From Nannocystis bainbridge (lineage in GTDB: Bacteria > Myxococcota_A > Polyangia > Nannocystales > Nannocystaceae): 64,000 nucleotides of DNA. Below the pieces are notes generated by a model. The model was not told where the DNA came from. It worked only from the letters and a program-made list of their open reading frames with translations, and did no database searches. The stretch covers positions 160,001 through 224,000 of the forward strand of contig NZ_JAQNDL010000001.1 in assembly GCF_028368995.1 (NCBI RefSeq). The letters run 5' to 3'. The translations under genes and the position numbers were made by a program. Below, piece by piece: positions 49,273 through 59,466 of the stretch. How positions within the stretch are numbered: position 1 is the first letter of the stretch; every line of letters starts with the position of its first letter.

Positions 49273-50333
49273 GGCCACAGCCCCGGGGCGTCGATGCCGG
49301 CCGTCTCCGCGAGCCCGAGCATCAGGTTCATCGACTGCACCGCCTGCCCTGCCCCGCCCTTGACGAGGTTGTCGAGCGCGGTGACCACCGCCAGCTGGCG
49401 CTGACCGGTCGCCGGATCGACCTGTCCCAAAGTCCAGGACAGGTCGACGTACATGCTGCCCTTGATCGCCACCACCTCGGCGCCGACCTTGCTGCCGAGC
49501 ACGCGCACGAACGGGGCATCGCGGTAGTACTCGCCGAACAGCGCCTTGACATCGAGGTCGCCCGGCACCGAGATGATGGTGGTCGCCAGGATCCCGCGCA
49601 CCAGCGGCGCCGAGACTGGCACGAATGCCAGCGAGAACGCCTCCCCGTGGCCGCCCGCCGCGTCGCGCAGGGCCTGCTCGATCTCCGGCGTGTGCTGGTG
49701 GTTCAACACCTTGTACGTCTTGAGGTTGCCGGCGCGCAGCGGGTGGTGCGTGCCGATCTGCGCGTAGGCCCCCGAGCCGGACGAGCCGGTCATCGCCACG
49801 GTGTGGATGGGTCCGCGCAGCAGCCCCGCGTGGGCCAGCGGCAGCAGACCGAGCGCGATCGCGGTGGCGAAGCAGCCCGGCGAGGCGACCCGACGGGCCT
49901 CGCGGATCGCCGCCTTGTGCAGCTCCGGCAGGCCGTAGGCCCACGTGCCGAGGTGCTCGGGGTGCGGGTGAACGTCGCCGTAGAAGGTCTTGTAGTCGTC
50001 CTTGTTGCGCAGGCGAAAGTCGCCCGACAGGTCGATCACCCGCGCCGGCACGTCGGCGAGCTCGCCGGCCATGGTCGCGCTGACCTTGTGCGGCAGCGCC
50101 AGGAACACCACATCGACATCGCGGGCGGCCTCGGCCGCGGGGATGTTCTCGAACACCAGGCCGGTCTTCGGCAGGTTGCGGTGCACCGCCTCGAGCGGCT
50201 CCCCGACCTGGTCGATGCTGGTCACCCGGACCAGGTCGACGCCGGGGTGCCAACGAAGTAACCGGATCAGCTCGGCGCCGCCGTAGCCAGTTCCGCCAAT
50301 AATCGTCACGCGTGGCCGCGAATTCGTGGACAT
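49269..50333 (-). CDS. argC: N-acetyl-gamma-glutamyl-phosphate reductase
   Basis: GGTGYGGAEL, FLALPH, IDLSGDFRL, YGLPEL, PGCFAT, DNLVKGGAGQAVQSMN. Confidence 0.97.
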   Translation of the reverse strand: MSTNSRPRVTIIGGTGYGGAELIRLLRWHPGVDLVRVTSIDQVGEPLEAVHRNLPKTGLVFENIPAAEAARDVDVVFLALPHKVSATMAGELADVPARVIDLSGDFRLRNKDDYKTFYGDVHPHPEHLGTWAYGLPELHKAAIREARRVASPGCFATAIALGLLPLAHAGLLRGPIHTVAMTGSSGSGAYAQIGTHHPLRAGNLKTYKVLNHQHTPEIEQALRDAAGGHGEAFSLAFVPVSAPLVRGILATTIISVPGDLDVKALFGEYYRDAPFVRVLGSKVGAEVVAIKGSMYVDLSWTLGQVDPATGQRQLAVVTALDNLVKGGAGQAVQSMNLMLGLAETAGIDAPGLWP

Positions 50334-50443
50334 GGGCTCTGTGCGGGACTTCCTAGCAGATGCCCGGGACCCGCGCGATGTCCGGCCTCGCCCGCGCACG
50401 ACATCGCTGTCATGGCCTGTCGCGGCGGCCGGCGGGCCAGGAC

Positions 50444-50496
50444 TGACAGCGGTGTCATACCGGCGCGGTGCGGGCCCGCTCATGACAACCTGTCAT
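50444..50496. promoter_or_regulatory. Two TGACA-N3/4-TGTCA dyads (putative upstream activator sites)
   Basis: TGACA-gcgg-TGTCA at 50444-50457 and ATGACA-acc-TGTCAT at 50482-50496, upstream of a sigma54-like box. Confidence 0.55.
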
Positions 50497-50521
50497 CAAT
50501 GATCTCGACGACTTGCCAACC

Positions 50522-50537
50522 TGGCTCGTGACCTGCA
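50522..50537 (+). promoter_or_regulatory. Putative sigma54 (-24/-12) promoter
   Basis: TGGCTCGTGACCTGCA: GG-N10-GC with exact spacing, close to TGGCAC-N5-TTGCW; predicted +1 near 50548. Confidence 0.6.
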
Positions 50538-50546
50538 CTCAGGGTC

Positions 50547-50802
50547 GGTGTCGCCGGAATGACGCCGTCGACCCTACTTACCTTAGCTCTTCTGCTTGGC
50601 CTTCTTTAGCTTCCTGCCTTACGTCGCTTATCGCTTGGCTTCGGCTTCTTCTGACTTGAACCTTCGCGCTCAACTTACCCGCTTCTCCTAACGTATCGAG
50701 TCGTTTGAGCTTGTCGCGCTTCGCTTGGTCGGTGCAGTAGCAACTTCTTAGATCTGGGGGGGGACCCGGGATGCTTTGGTCGGCATCTCGGGTTCTCGAT
50801 TT
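50547..50802 (+). ncRNA. Candidate ~250-nt ncRNA with ~22 CUU motifs between a 5' hairpin and a terminal hairpin
   Basis: 5' stem GGTGTCG/TGACGCC; 50581-50750 is ~52% GC by hand count, well below the surroundings, and pyrimidine-skewed; 3' stem ACCCGGGATGC/GCATCTCGGGT followed by TCTCGATTTT. Confidence 0.6.
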
Positions 50803-50860
50803 TAAGCCCCCGAACGCCAGGCTCGCGGACCTCAGCACCAGCCAGGCTCAGCCCCGCGGC

Positions 50861-51781
50861 TCAGTGCAGGTGGTCGTCGGGCTCGATCACGTGGTCGGCC
50901 AGCCGCTCGACCTGGTCGCGTCCGAGCAGCCCCTGCAGCGCCGATTCGAGCTCGGCGCGCCCGGGTTCACCTGTCCCGAGGGCCAGGTGTGAAGCCGCGA
51001 CCGCGAAATGCCCGCGCACCCCGCAGCGCTCGCCGAACGGCATCGCGTGGACCGCGGGCGCCCAGCCGTCGCGCGCCAGGCGCTCGTGGTCGGCCCGGAT
51101 CGGCCCGCCACACCGCGGACACACGAGCTCGCCCTGGGCCTCGCCGCGCCACAGTGTGATCAACGGATCGCGCCCGCCCGGCCGCGCGCCCGACCACCAG
51201 CGCGAGTCGAACGGCAGCACGCCCGCCAGCTCGCGCGGGAGCAGCCCCTCGGCCCGGAACCACGCGGCGCTGAGGTAGTACGCCGGGGCCTGCCGCTGCT
51301 CCTGCTCGCGGGCCTCGACGAACAGCGACGGCCGCTCGAAGTGCGGGTCGACCGACCACGAGGCCTCGAGCCGCTCGCGCATCGGCCCGCCCATGCGCGT
51401 GAAGCGATGACCGACGACCACGCGCGTGAGGCGGTCGGCGAACACCCACAGCACGTTGCTGAGCTTGTGCCAGGGGTCGATGTTGAGGTCGCAGACCTTG
51501 AGCTTGTCGCACGCGAGCCCCTCGCGCGCGCGCCAGACCGACACCAGCTTGAGCTCGATGCGGTCCTCCCAGTCGAGGTGATCGAGGCCGTCGTGCGGCT
51601 CGAGGCCGAAGTGCCACTGCAGCGCGCTGCCGAACCGCCCGCGTGAGCCGCGAGGCGCGACCAACTCGGCGGCTGGCCCCAAAGCCAGGCCGCGCGCGTG
51701 CTCGGCCAGCGCCTCGAGGTAGGCGCAGCGCAGCAGCGGCGCGTCGCGCCCGTGCGGCGGGTGGCGGAGCGGCAGCCGCAT
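50861..51781 (-). CDS. MutH/Sau3AI-like PD-(D/E)xK nuclease-fold protein with C-terminal Zn-ribbon
   Basis: RGRFGSALQWHFGL...LDWEDRIELKLV, HKLSNVLWV and AYYLS match MutH blocks (KGWxG..LG...D...ELK; HKLxxVLW; FYL); CPRC...H...C...H tail. Confidence 0.65.
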   Translation of the reverse strand: MRLPLRHPPHGRDAPLLRCAYLEALAEHARGLALGPAAELVAPRGSRGRFGSALQWHFGLEPHDGLDHLDWEDRIELKLVSVWRAREGLACDKLKVCDLNIDPWHKLSNVLWVFADRLTRVVVGHRFTRMGGPMRERLEASWSVDPHFERPSLFVEAREQEQRQAPAYYLSAAWFRAEGLLPRELAGVLPFDSRWWSGARPGGRDPLITLWRGEAQGELVCPRCGGPIRADHERLARDGWAPAVHAMPFGERCGVRGHFAVAASHLALGTGEPGRAELESALQGLLGRDQVERLADHVIEPDDHLH

Positions 51782-51794
51782 CGCCGGGACCGGA

Positions 51795-52016
51795 CTACTT
51801 CGCCTCGGGCGCGGGCGCGGGCGCGGGAGCGGCCTCGGGCGCGGGCGCAGGCGCGGCGTCAGCCGGCTTGACCTCGGGCTTCGCGTCGACCTTCTTGCCG
51901 TCGACGGTCTTCGCCTCGGACTTGGTGTCCTCTTCCTTCTTCTTGCCCGGCTGCTCGGCGCACGCGGCGGTAAAACCGAGACACAGGGCCAACAGGGTCC
52001 AGGTGAGACGCTTCAT
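51795..52016 (-). CDS. Small Lys/Pro/Ala-rich lipoprotein
   Basis: MKRLTWTLLALCLGFTAAC lipobox; disordered tail. Confidence 0.75.
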   Translation of the reverse strand: MKRLTWTLLALCLGFTAACAEQPGKKKEEDTKSEAKTVDGKKVDAKPEVKPADAAPAPAPEAAPAPAPAPEAK

Positions 52017-52025
52017 GCCGGCAAG

Positions 52026-52412
52026 CTAGCACTCCGCGTCACGCGGCGGAAGTACGCGCTGGATCGGCACCGGACGGCCGCGGTCGTCGACCTGCACGTA
52101 GACCAGCTCGGCGGTGGTGACCTCGACGCTGCGCCCGCCGATCGGCTCTTGCGCCTCGACCCGTACGCGGATGGTCAGCGAACTCGAGCCGACGTCGGTG
52201 ACCTCGGCGAACAGGCTGACGATGTCGCCGACGTGCACCGGCTCCTTGAACACGACCTCGCGGACCGCCACCGTAACGACCTTGCGCGCGCCGATGGCGT
52301 GGGCCGCGACCGCCCCGGCCTGGTCGAGCAAGCTGAGGATGTGACCGCCGAAGATCGTGCCGTGCGCGTTGGTGTCGCGCGGCATCATCATGACCCGAAT
52401 CGCGGGCTGCAT
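52026..52412 (-). CDS. Acyl-CoA thioesterase (hotdog fold, YciA-like)
   Basis: MPRDTNAHGTIFGG, VVTVAV...FKEPVHVGD, VGSSS, YVQVDDRGRP. Confidence 0.92.
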   Translation of the reverse strand: MQPAIRVMMMPRDTNAHGTIFGGHILSLLDQAGAVAAHAIGARKVVTVAVREVVFKEPVHVGDIVSLFAEVTDVGSSSLTIRVRVEAQEPIGGRSVEVTTAELVYVQVDDRGRPVPIQRVLPPRDAEC

Positions 52413-52444
52413 GAGGCGGACGATGCGCCAAACGGCGCCGATTG

Positions 52445-52912
52445 TCACGCGGACGGGCGCCCGACGGCGCGCTGGATGGCGGCGTGGATCGTGTCGGCGT
52501 CGGCGTAGTCGGGGCAGTAGCTGAGCGCTGGATCTCGCTCCGACAGCGCGCGGAAGCGCCGCTCCTCCGCGCCGAAGTCGTACGACAGGATCACCGGCCC
52601 GCGGAAGCCGGCGTCGCGCAGGGCCCGGAGCACGAACAGGCCCTGGTTGTCCTGCTGGAACGCGCGCGCGCGGGCGACGTCGCCGTTGAAGCGGGCCGTC
52701 AGCGCCACGAGGTCGCCGAGCAGCGCCTCGATCGGCGTGCGGTCGAAGCGCATGTCGAGGTACACGAGGTCCGGCTGCAACGACGCCAGCAGCGCGCACG
52801 CCTGCTCGCCGCTCTTGGCCTGCGTGTAGCGGATCCCCCGCGACACGAAGGTCGAGAGGTTGGTCAGATATTCGTCCCCGTCCTCGACGACGAGGACCTT
52901 GATCTCGCTCAT
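52445..52912 (-). CDS. Atypical single-domain response regulator
   Basis: VLVVEDG, PDLVYLD; long insertion before QGL; no evident conserved Lys. Confidence 0.75.
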   Translation of the reverse strand: MSEIKVLVVEDGDEYLTNLSTFVSRGIRYTQAKSGEQACALLASLQPDLVYLDMRFDRTPIEALLGDLVALTARFNGDVARARAFQQDNQGLFVLRALRDAGFRGPVILSYDFGAEERRFRALSERDPALSYCPDYADADTIHAAIQRAVGRPSA

Positions 52913-55908
52913 GGCCCCTCCTCCACGGTGAAGAACCGCAGCACGACGGCCTTCTGCCAGCCGCGCTCGGGTTCGACGGCGATCGAGCCGTCGTAGCGCG
53001 ACAGGAGGTCGGCGGTGATGCCCATGCCGCGCTCGACGTAGCGACCGCGGAGCATCTCGTTGCTGAGCTGCTCGGTCGAGCGATCCTTGATGCGGATCGC
53101 CAGCGTCGACAAACCAGTGATCTCGTCCATCTCGGTGACGAGGTCGATGCCGAGGGCGATCGGCTTCGGCCCGTACAGCACGCTCGACTGCAGCGAGTTG
53201 CGCAGCACGTTGGTGACGATGTCCTCGAGGTCGCTGTGGAACACGCGGATCTTGGCGCCCTCGCCGTCGATCTGCGGCTCGGCGATCTGGACCGTGGCGA
53301 ACTGCGGCTCGGCGACCACCTGGGCGAAGATCTCACGGATCGTGGCCGGATCGACGGCGACGATGCACAGCGAACGGATGACGCCCGACAGCTCCTCGAA
53401 CGCCTTGCGGCCGAGGACGTGGCCGCTGCGACCGAGCCGGCGCGCCCACTCCAGCTTGAGCGCGTGACGCTCGCGGCTCGGCGCCCGCTGCAGGCCCTCG
53501 AGCCCGCGCAGGTCCTCGAAGGCGGCGATCATGGCGCTGAAGATCGGGTCCTTGCGGTAGAGGTTGAGGTTGATGTTGTGGCTGCGGCCGACCTTCTGCA
53601 GCTCGTCGACGTAGCCGAGGAAGCGCCCATGGATCCCGCGCTCGCGCAGCGAGACGCGGCCCGGAACCGGGGTGGCCTCGTTGCGATCGCGCGGGGCGCC
53701 GAACAGGCGGGCGGCGACGACGGCGGTGCGCGCCTCGGCGTCGGGCTCGTCCATCTCGAGCGCGCGGCCGACGTCGGCCAGGAAGGAGGTGTTGTGCTTG
53801 AGGATCTCGTGGCGAATGAGGCTCAAGATCCGCGCGACCTCGGGGAAGCTCTTCGGCGCCCGCTCGAGCATCTGCGTCAGCGAGGCGCCGCGCAGCCGGC
53901 GATAGACCTGCCACGCCGGGATCGCCACCAGCAGCAGCGCGAGCGCCCCGGCGCCGAGGTAGATGCGCAGGAAGGTCGCGTCCATGCGATCGCGCAGGCG
54001 GTGCGCGGCGTCCCAGTGGAGGTTGTACTCGTCGGCCTCGCGCAAGAACTGGTCGAGCTGCTCCGAGGCCTCGATCAGGTGGTAGTCGTCCCACAGCCGC
54101 TTGGCCAGGCGAAAGCGGGCGGTGGCCGATCCGAGCTCGGCGGCGCGGCGCAGGTGCACGGTCGACTGCGCCGGCAGGTCGCCCTCGAGCAGGATGCCGA
54201 GCCGCTCGTGGACCTCCATCTGCTCCTCGGCGAGCGCGAGGCTCTGCTCCCAGAACTGACGCGCGTCGCCGGTGCGGCCCTGGGCGTACACGACCTTGGC
54301 GAGCTCGTTGTAGACGACCGGCTCGCTGCGAAACCGCTCGCGCGCGCGCTGCAGGATCTTCTCGGCCTGGTTGAGGTCGCCTTCTTCGGAGACGCGCAGG
54401 TAGGCCTCGTTGATCATGCGCTGCAGCGAGGGATCGAGCCGCTGCAAGTTGTCGGGCGGCTCGTTGAGGTAGAGCGGCTCTTCGGGGCTGACCTCCTGCG
54501 TGAGGTCCTTCAGCGCGCGCTCGGCCTGCGGACGATCGGGGTCGTCGTCGGGCGCGGTGCGGAGGAACCGCTCATAGTGCCGCCGCGCGGCCTCGCGGTT
54601 CTCGCGGGCGTTGAGCTCGCCGAGCAAGATGTGGAGGTGATGCAGGTCGGGCCGCAGCAGCAGCGCCTTCTCGAGGTGCTCGATGGCCCGCACGTCCTCG
54701 GCGCCGGCGAACTGCTTCTTGTAGACGAGGCCGAGAGCCATGTGCGCCTCGTAGTCGAAGCGATCCATGCGCACGGCGAGCTTGAGCTGATCGACGGCCT
54801 TGGGGATCCGGCCCTTGCGGGCGTAGATGACGCCGAGGGTGTAGTGCGCCTTGGGGTACCACGGCGAGTTCTCGATCGCGACCAGCAGGTCGCGCTCGGC
54901 GGCGTCGAGGTCGCCGCCGCGCATCGAGGTGAGCGCGCGCCGGTAGCTCTGCTCGGCGAACTCGCTCGGCCGCCCGCCCTGCTCCTTCTCGAGCTTGTTG
55001 AGCTCGACCTGCAGCCGCAGCTCGTCGACCTGCTCCTTGGCCCGCTTGGCCAGCGGAGTACCCGGGTAGGCGCCGCTGAGCTCCTCGTTGATGGCGATCG
55101 CGGCCTCGATGTCGTTCTGCTCGAGCAGCAGGTCGGCCTGCAACCGCAGGGCGTCGGCGCCCGGCTTGCGCCCGCCGGCGACGCACTCGCGGCGGTAGAG
55201 GTCGAGCTGCTTGAGCGCCGCCTCGCGCTGGCTGTCGCGCTCGCGGGTCGAGGCGGCCTTCTCGGCCTGGCGGTTGAGCAAGGCGGCGACGGTGAAGCGG
55301 ATCTCCGGCGGCCGACCCTCGGTGCGCGGGTCCTGCTCGGCGATCTCGAGCGCGAGGTTGAGGCGCTCGTCGTCGTAGCGCTCCTCGCAGCGGCCCATCC
55401 ACTCGACGAGGGTGCGCCGCTCGGCCAGCCACAAGCCGCGCGGGTCGTAGGTGCGCAGCAGCTTGAGGTCGTCGATCGCCCGCCGCGGGCAGGTGTTCTC
55501 GCGCGCGCGACGGGCCCGCAAGTAGGCCCGCCCGCGCAGCGCCCCGGGGTCGCCGGGCTGGAGCTTGAGCGCGTTGTTGTACTCGCGCAGGGCGTCGTCC
55601 GCCCGCCCCTCGCGCTCGAGCCGGGTGGCCCGGCTCATGCTGATGTCGAACTGCTCCATCCGCTGCTCGGGGGTCAGCCCGCCGGGCTCGTCGAAGCCGG
55701 CGCTGTCGTCCTCGGGTGGCAGCGGCAGCTCGGCCAGCGGGTCGTAGACCGGCTTGATGGTGCTCTCTTCGGCCTTGCCGGGCTTCTTGACGGCCTTGCT
55801 GGCGGTCGGGGCGGGCGCGGCCGCGGCGAGGCTCGGGCTGGCGATGAGGACATGTGCGAAGAGACATGCCCCAAGGAGCCTTGCCGATCGGACATGTCCC
55901 TTGCGCAT
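52909..55908 (-). CDS. TPR-repeat membrane protein with degenerate histidine-kinase module
   Basis: Signal peptide, many TPRs, one TM helix, LIRHEILKH, NVLRNSLQ, IKDRS, RGMG; start uncertain (ORF extends to 55974). Confidence 0.75.
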   Translation of the reverse strand: MRKGHVRSARLLGACLFAHVLIASPSLAAAAPAPTASKAVKKPGKAEESTIKPVYDPLAELPLPPEDDSAGFDEPGGLTPEQRMEQFDISMSRATRLEREGRADDALREYNNALKLQPGDPGALRGRAYLRARRARENTCPRRAIDDLKLLRTYDPRGLWLAERRTLVEWMGRCEERYDDERLNLALEIAEQDPRTEGRPPEIRFTVAALLNRQAEKAASTRERDSQREAALKQLDLYRRECVAGGRKPGADALRLQADLLLEQNDIEAAIAINEELSGAYPGTPLAKRAKEQVDELRLQVELNKLEKEQGGRPSEFAEQSYRRALTSMRGGDLDAAERDLLVAIENSPWYPKAHYTLGVIYARKGRIPKAVDQLKLAVRMDRFDYEAHMALGLVYKKQFAGAEDVRAIEHLEKALLLRPDLHHLHILLGELNARENREAARRHYERFLRTAPDDDPDRPQAERALKDLTQEVSPEEPLYLNEPPDNLQRLDPSLQRMINEAYLRVSEEGDLNQAEKILQRARERFRSEPVVYNELAKVVYAQGRTGDARQFWEQSLALAEEQMEVHERLGILLEGDLPAQSTVHLRRAAELGSATARFRLAKRLWDDYHLIEASEQLDQFLREADEYNLHWDAAHRLRDRMDATFLRIYLGAGALALLLVAIPAWQVYRRLRGASLTQMLERAPKSFPEVARILSLIRHEILKHNTSFLADVGRALEMDEPDAEARTAVVAARLFGAPRDRNEATPVPGRVSLRERGIHGRFLGYVDELQKVGRSHNINLNLYRKDPIFSAMIAAFEDLRGLEGLQRAPSRERHALKLEWARRLGRSGHVLGRKAFEELSGVIRSLCIVAVDPATIREIFAQVVAEPQFATVQIAEPQIDGEGAKIRVFHSDLEDIVTNVLRNSLQSSVLYGPKPIALGIDLVTEMDEITGLSTLAIRIKDRSTEQLSNEMLRGRYVERGMGITADLLSRYDGSIAVEPERGWQKAVVLRFFTVEEGP
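55848..55907. repeat. Array of the 14-bp palindrome (3-4 units) overlapping the signal-peptide coding region
   Basis: ggaca|tgtgc-gaag-agaca|tgccc-caag-gagcc|ttgcc-gatc-ggaca|tgtcc. Confidence 0.75.
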
Positions 55909-55990
55909 GGTCGCTGGCGCGCCCGGGTGACGGGGCCCGGTCAGGATAGCAGACGCGGGCGAGCAGCGACGCATGGTCGGCGGGCCCCCC

Positions 55991-57697
<1,707 letters not shown>

Positions 57698-57700
57698 GAA

Positions 57701-58123
57701 TCACCCGCGCTGGGATTGGAGCCGTCGATGCAGCTGCTGCAGCGCGCTGCGGATCGTCTGCTGAGCGGCGCGGACGTGCGGGCGCGCGGCGGCGATGGCG
57801 TCACGATCGCCGCGGGCGAGCGCAGGCCCGTGCGCGCGCAGGACCTCGACCGCGGCCTCGACCTCGAGCAGCTCGGGCGCGGGCAACGGGCGCGGCCAGG
57901 CAGCAGCGAAGCGCGACCACAGCTCCCACGCGGTCTCGACGGTGCCGTCGCCGCCGCTGCGGGTCCGCAGCAGGTCGCGTCGCAACGCCTCGATCAGCTC
58001 GTCGCGCAGCGGGCCGTGCCAGGCGTCGTCGCCGAGGTTGGCCGACATCCAGGCGACGTACTTGCCGAGGTCGTGCTTGAGCGCGGCGACCTGTTCGGGG
58101 AAGTCGGCGACCGCGAATGTCAT
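57701..58123 (-). CDS. Small helical protein with H-box-like motif
   Basis: VAALKHDLGKYVAW; all-helical pattern; 3 bp before the activator start. Confidence 0.65.
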   Translation of the reverse strand: MTFAVADFPEQVAALKHDLGKYVAWMSANLGDDAWHGPLRDELIEALRRDLLRTRSGGDGTVETAWELWSRFAAAWPRPLPAPELLEVEAAVEVLRAHGPALARGDRDAIAAARPHVRAAQQTIRSALQQLHRRLQSQRG

Positions 58124-58145
58124 GGCGTGCCAGCGCCCGCGGAGC

Positions 58146-58619
58146 TCAGGCCCCGGCCGGCTTGTGATAGCGGGTCGCGCGCGCGCGCCCCGTGCTGTCG
58201 ATCTTGCCCATCTTCTTCATCCACGCGAGGTAGCCGCGCAGCTCGGCGATGTCGCAGTCGATGCGCTTGGCGAGCTGGCCGATGGTGAGCGGCTCGTCCT
58301 CGATGGCGGTGAGGATCTGCTTGTAGACCTGGACCTCGCGCGCCTCGCCGGCGCCGTTGGCCGCGCCTTCGGCCTCGACGTTCGCCGCGCTCACTGCCGG
58401 CGCCGGGCGGGCGGCCCGCGCCGGGACCAGCGCCGCGAGGGCCTCGCGCAGCTCGCTGATGCTGAGCTGGCGGATCGAGGCGCCCGCCTCGCTGCTGAGC
58501 AGCTCGCTGAGCTTGGTGATGGCCGGCATCCGCGCCACCGTGTTGATCGCGGCCTTGCGGAGCAAGGTGGCCCGGTTCTGTCGGAGGGCAGATTCGAAGA
58601 GCTGGGCGATCTCTGTCAT
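58146..58619 (-). CDS. Putative winged-helix DNA-binding protein
   Basis: C-terminal EPLTIGQLAKRIDCDIAELRGYLAWMKKMGKIDSTGRARATRY. Confidence 0.7.
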   Translation of the reverse strand: MTEIAQLFESALRQNRATLLRKAAINTVARMPAITKLSELLSSEAGASIRQLSISELREALAALVPARAARPAPAVSAANVEAEGAANGAGEAREVQVYKQILTAIEDEPLTIGQLAKRIDCDIAELRGYLAWMKKMGKIDSTGRARATRYHKPAGA

Positions 58620-58737
58620 GGAAGTCCCACCACGAACGCCGCATGCAGCCTTGTGGGCACACACGTGTCGGGGGAGACGTAGCGGCAATCAGGCGCAAAA
58701 GCAAGGGGCCCGCGCACCCCCGCGCCCTCGCTGGCCT

Positions 58738-59466
58738 TCAGCCCTCACAGGTGAGGAACCCGAGATCCAGCAGATCCATCGAGCCGCAGGGAGCACAGCA
58801 CGCGTCGCATTGGCCGGTGCCGTCGAGGTTGAAGCCCCAGGTGACGTCACCGGACGCGCCGGCGAAGCAGATCCGTTCGTCCTTGAAGCATTGAATGGTC
58901 TGGTAGACGTCGATGCCGCGGCCGGCGGTGCGGAAGCTGGTGTCGACATCGGGCCAGGCCCAGTCGCGGTCCTGCGCGAACAGCTTCCACTCGATGTCGA
59001 GGCCGTCGTCGCAGTCGTCCGTCAGCAGCCACTCCTGGAAGATCGGCTGCGAGCAGACCGCGAGGGCCTCGTCGGCGCCGTTGGGGCAGTCGGGCGTCTT
59101 GTCGCACAGCCGATCGGTGGGCATGCAGCCGGCGTTCTCGCCGCAGACGTAGACGTGGTCGAGCTCGCAGTAACACTCGCCCTCGGAGCAGTAGGCGTTC
59201 TGCCCGCAGTCCTTGGCGCACTCCTTGTCGACGGCGGGCGTCGCGTCCTGACAGCCGGTGTACGGGTTGCCCTCGTAGCCCGGATCGCAGAAGCACTTGC
59301 CGTCGCCGCAGCTGGCATTGTTGCCGCAGGCGACCTCCTGGCAGGTCTTGTAGTCGTCAGGCTCGCCGTAGAGCACGCATCCGCCGGCGACGGCGGCGGC
59401 GAACAGCCCGGCGAACAAGGGGAGCGAACGGAGGGCGGTACGAAGGGTCGAGAGCGTGCGCTGCAT
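58738..59466 (-). CDS. Cys-rich lipoprotein with EGF-like and LDL-receptor-A-like motifs
   Basis: Lipobox AGGC; CFCDPGYEGNPYTGC; C..DRLCDKTPDCPNGADE. Confidence 0.8.
   Translation of the reverse strand: MQRTLSTLRTALRSLPLFAGLFAAAVAGGCVLYGEPDDYKTCQEVACGNNASCGDGKCFCDPGYEGNPYTGCQDATPAVDKECAKDCGQNAYCSEGECYCELDHVYVCGENAGCMPTDRLCDKTPDCPNGADEALAVCSQPIFQEWLLTDDCDDGLDIEWKLFAQDRDWAWPDVDTSFRTAGRGIDVYQTIQCFKDERICFAGASGDVTWGFNLDGTGQCDACCAPCGSMDLLDLGFLTCEG

Noticed and set aside
50540-50811. tmRNA, RNase P RNA, SRP RNA or tRNA
   Set aside because: The minus strand begins GGGGGC, but there is no tRNA-like T-arm/CCA end or ALAA-type tag, and no RNase P or SRP signature sequences.
50578-50838. 86-aa minus-strand ORF
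   Set aside because: Codon usage is unlike the genome, the AAG triplets are not confined to one frame, and it overlaps the structured non-coding features.
52413-53336. 436-aa ORF suggesting a thioesterase fusion
   Set aside because: The upstream part overlaps the receiver and kinase genes in another frame; the thioesterase starts at 52412.
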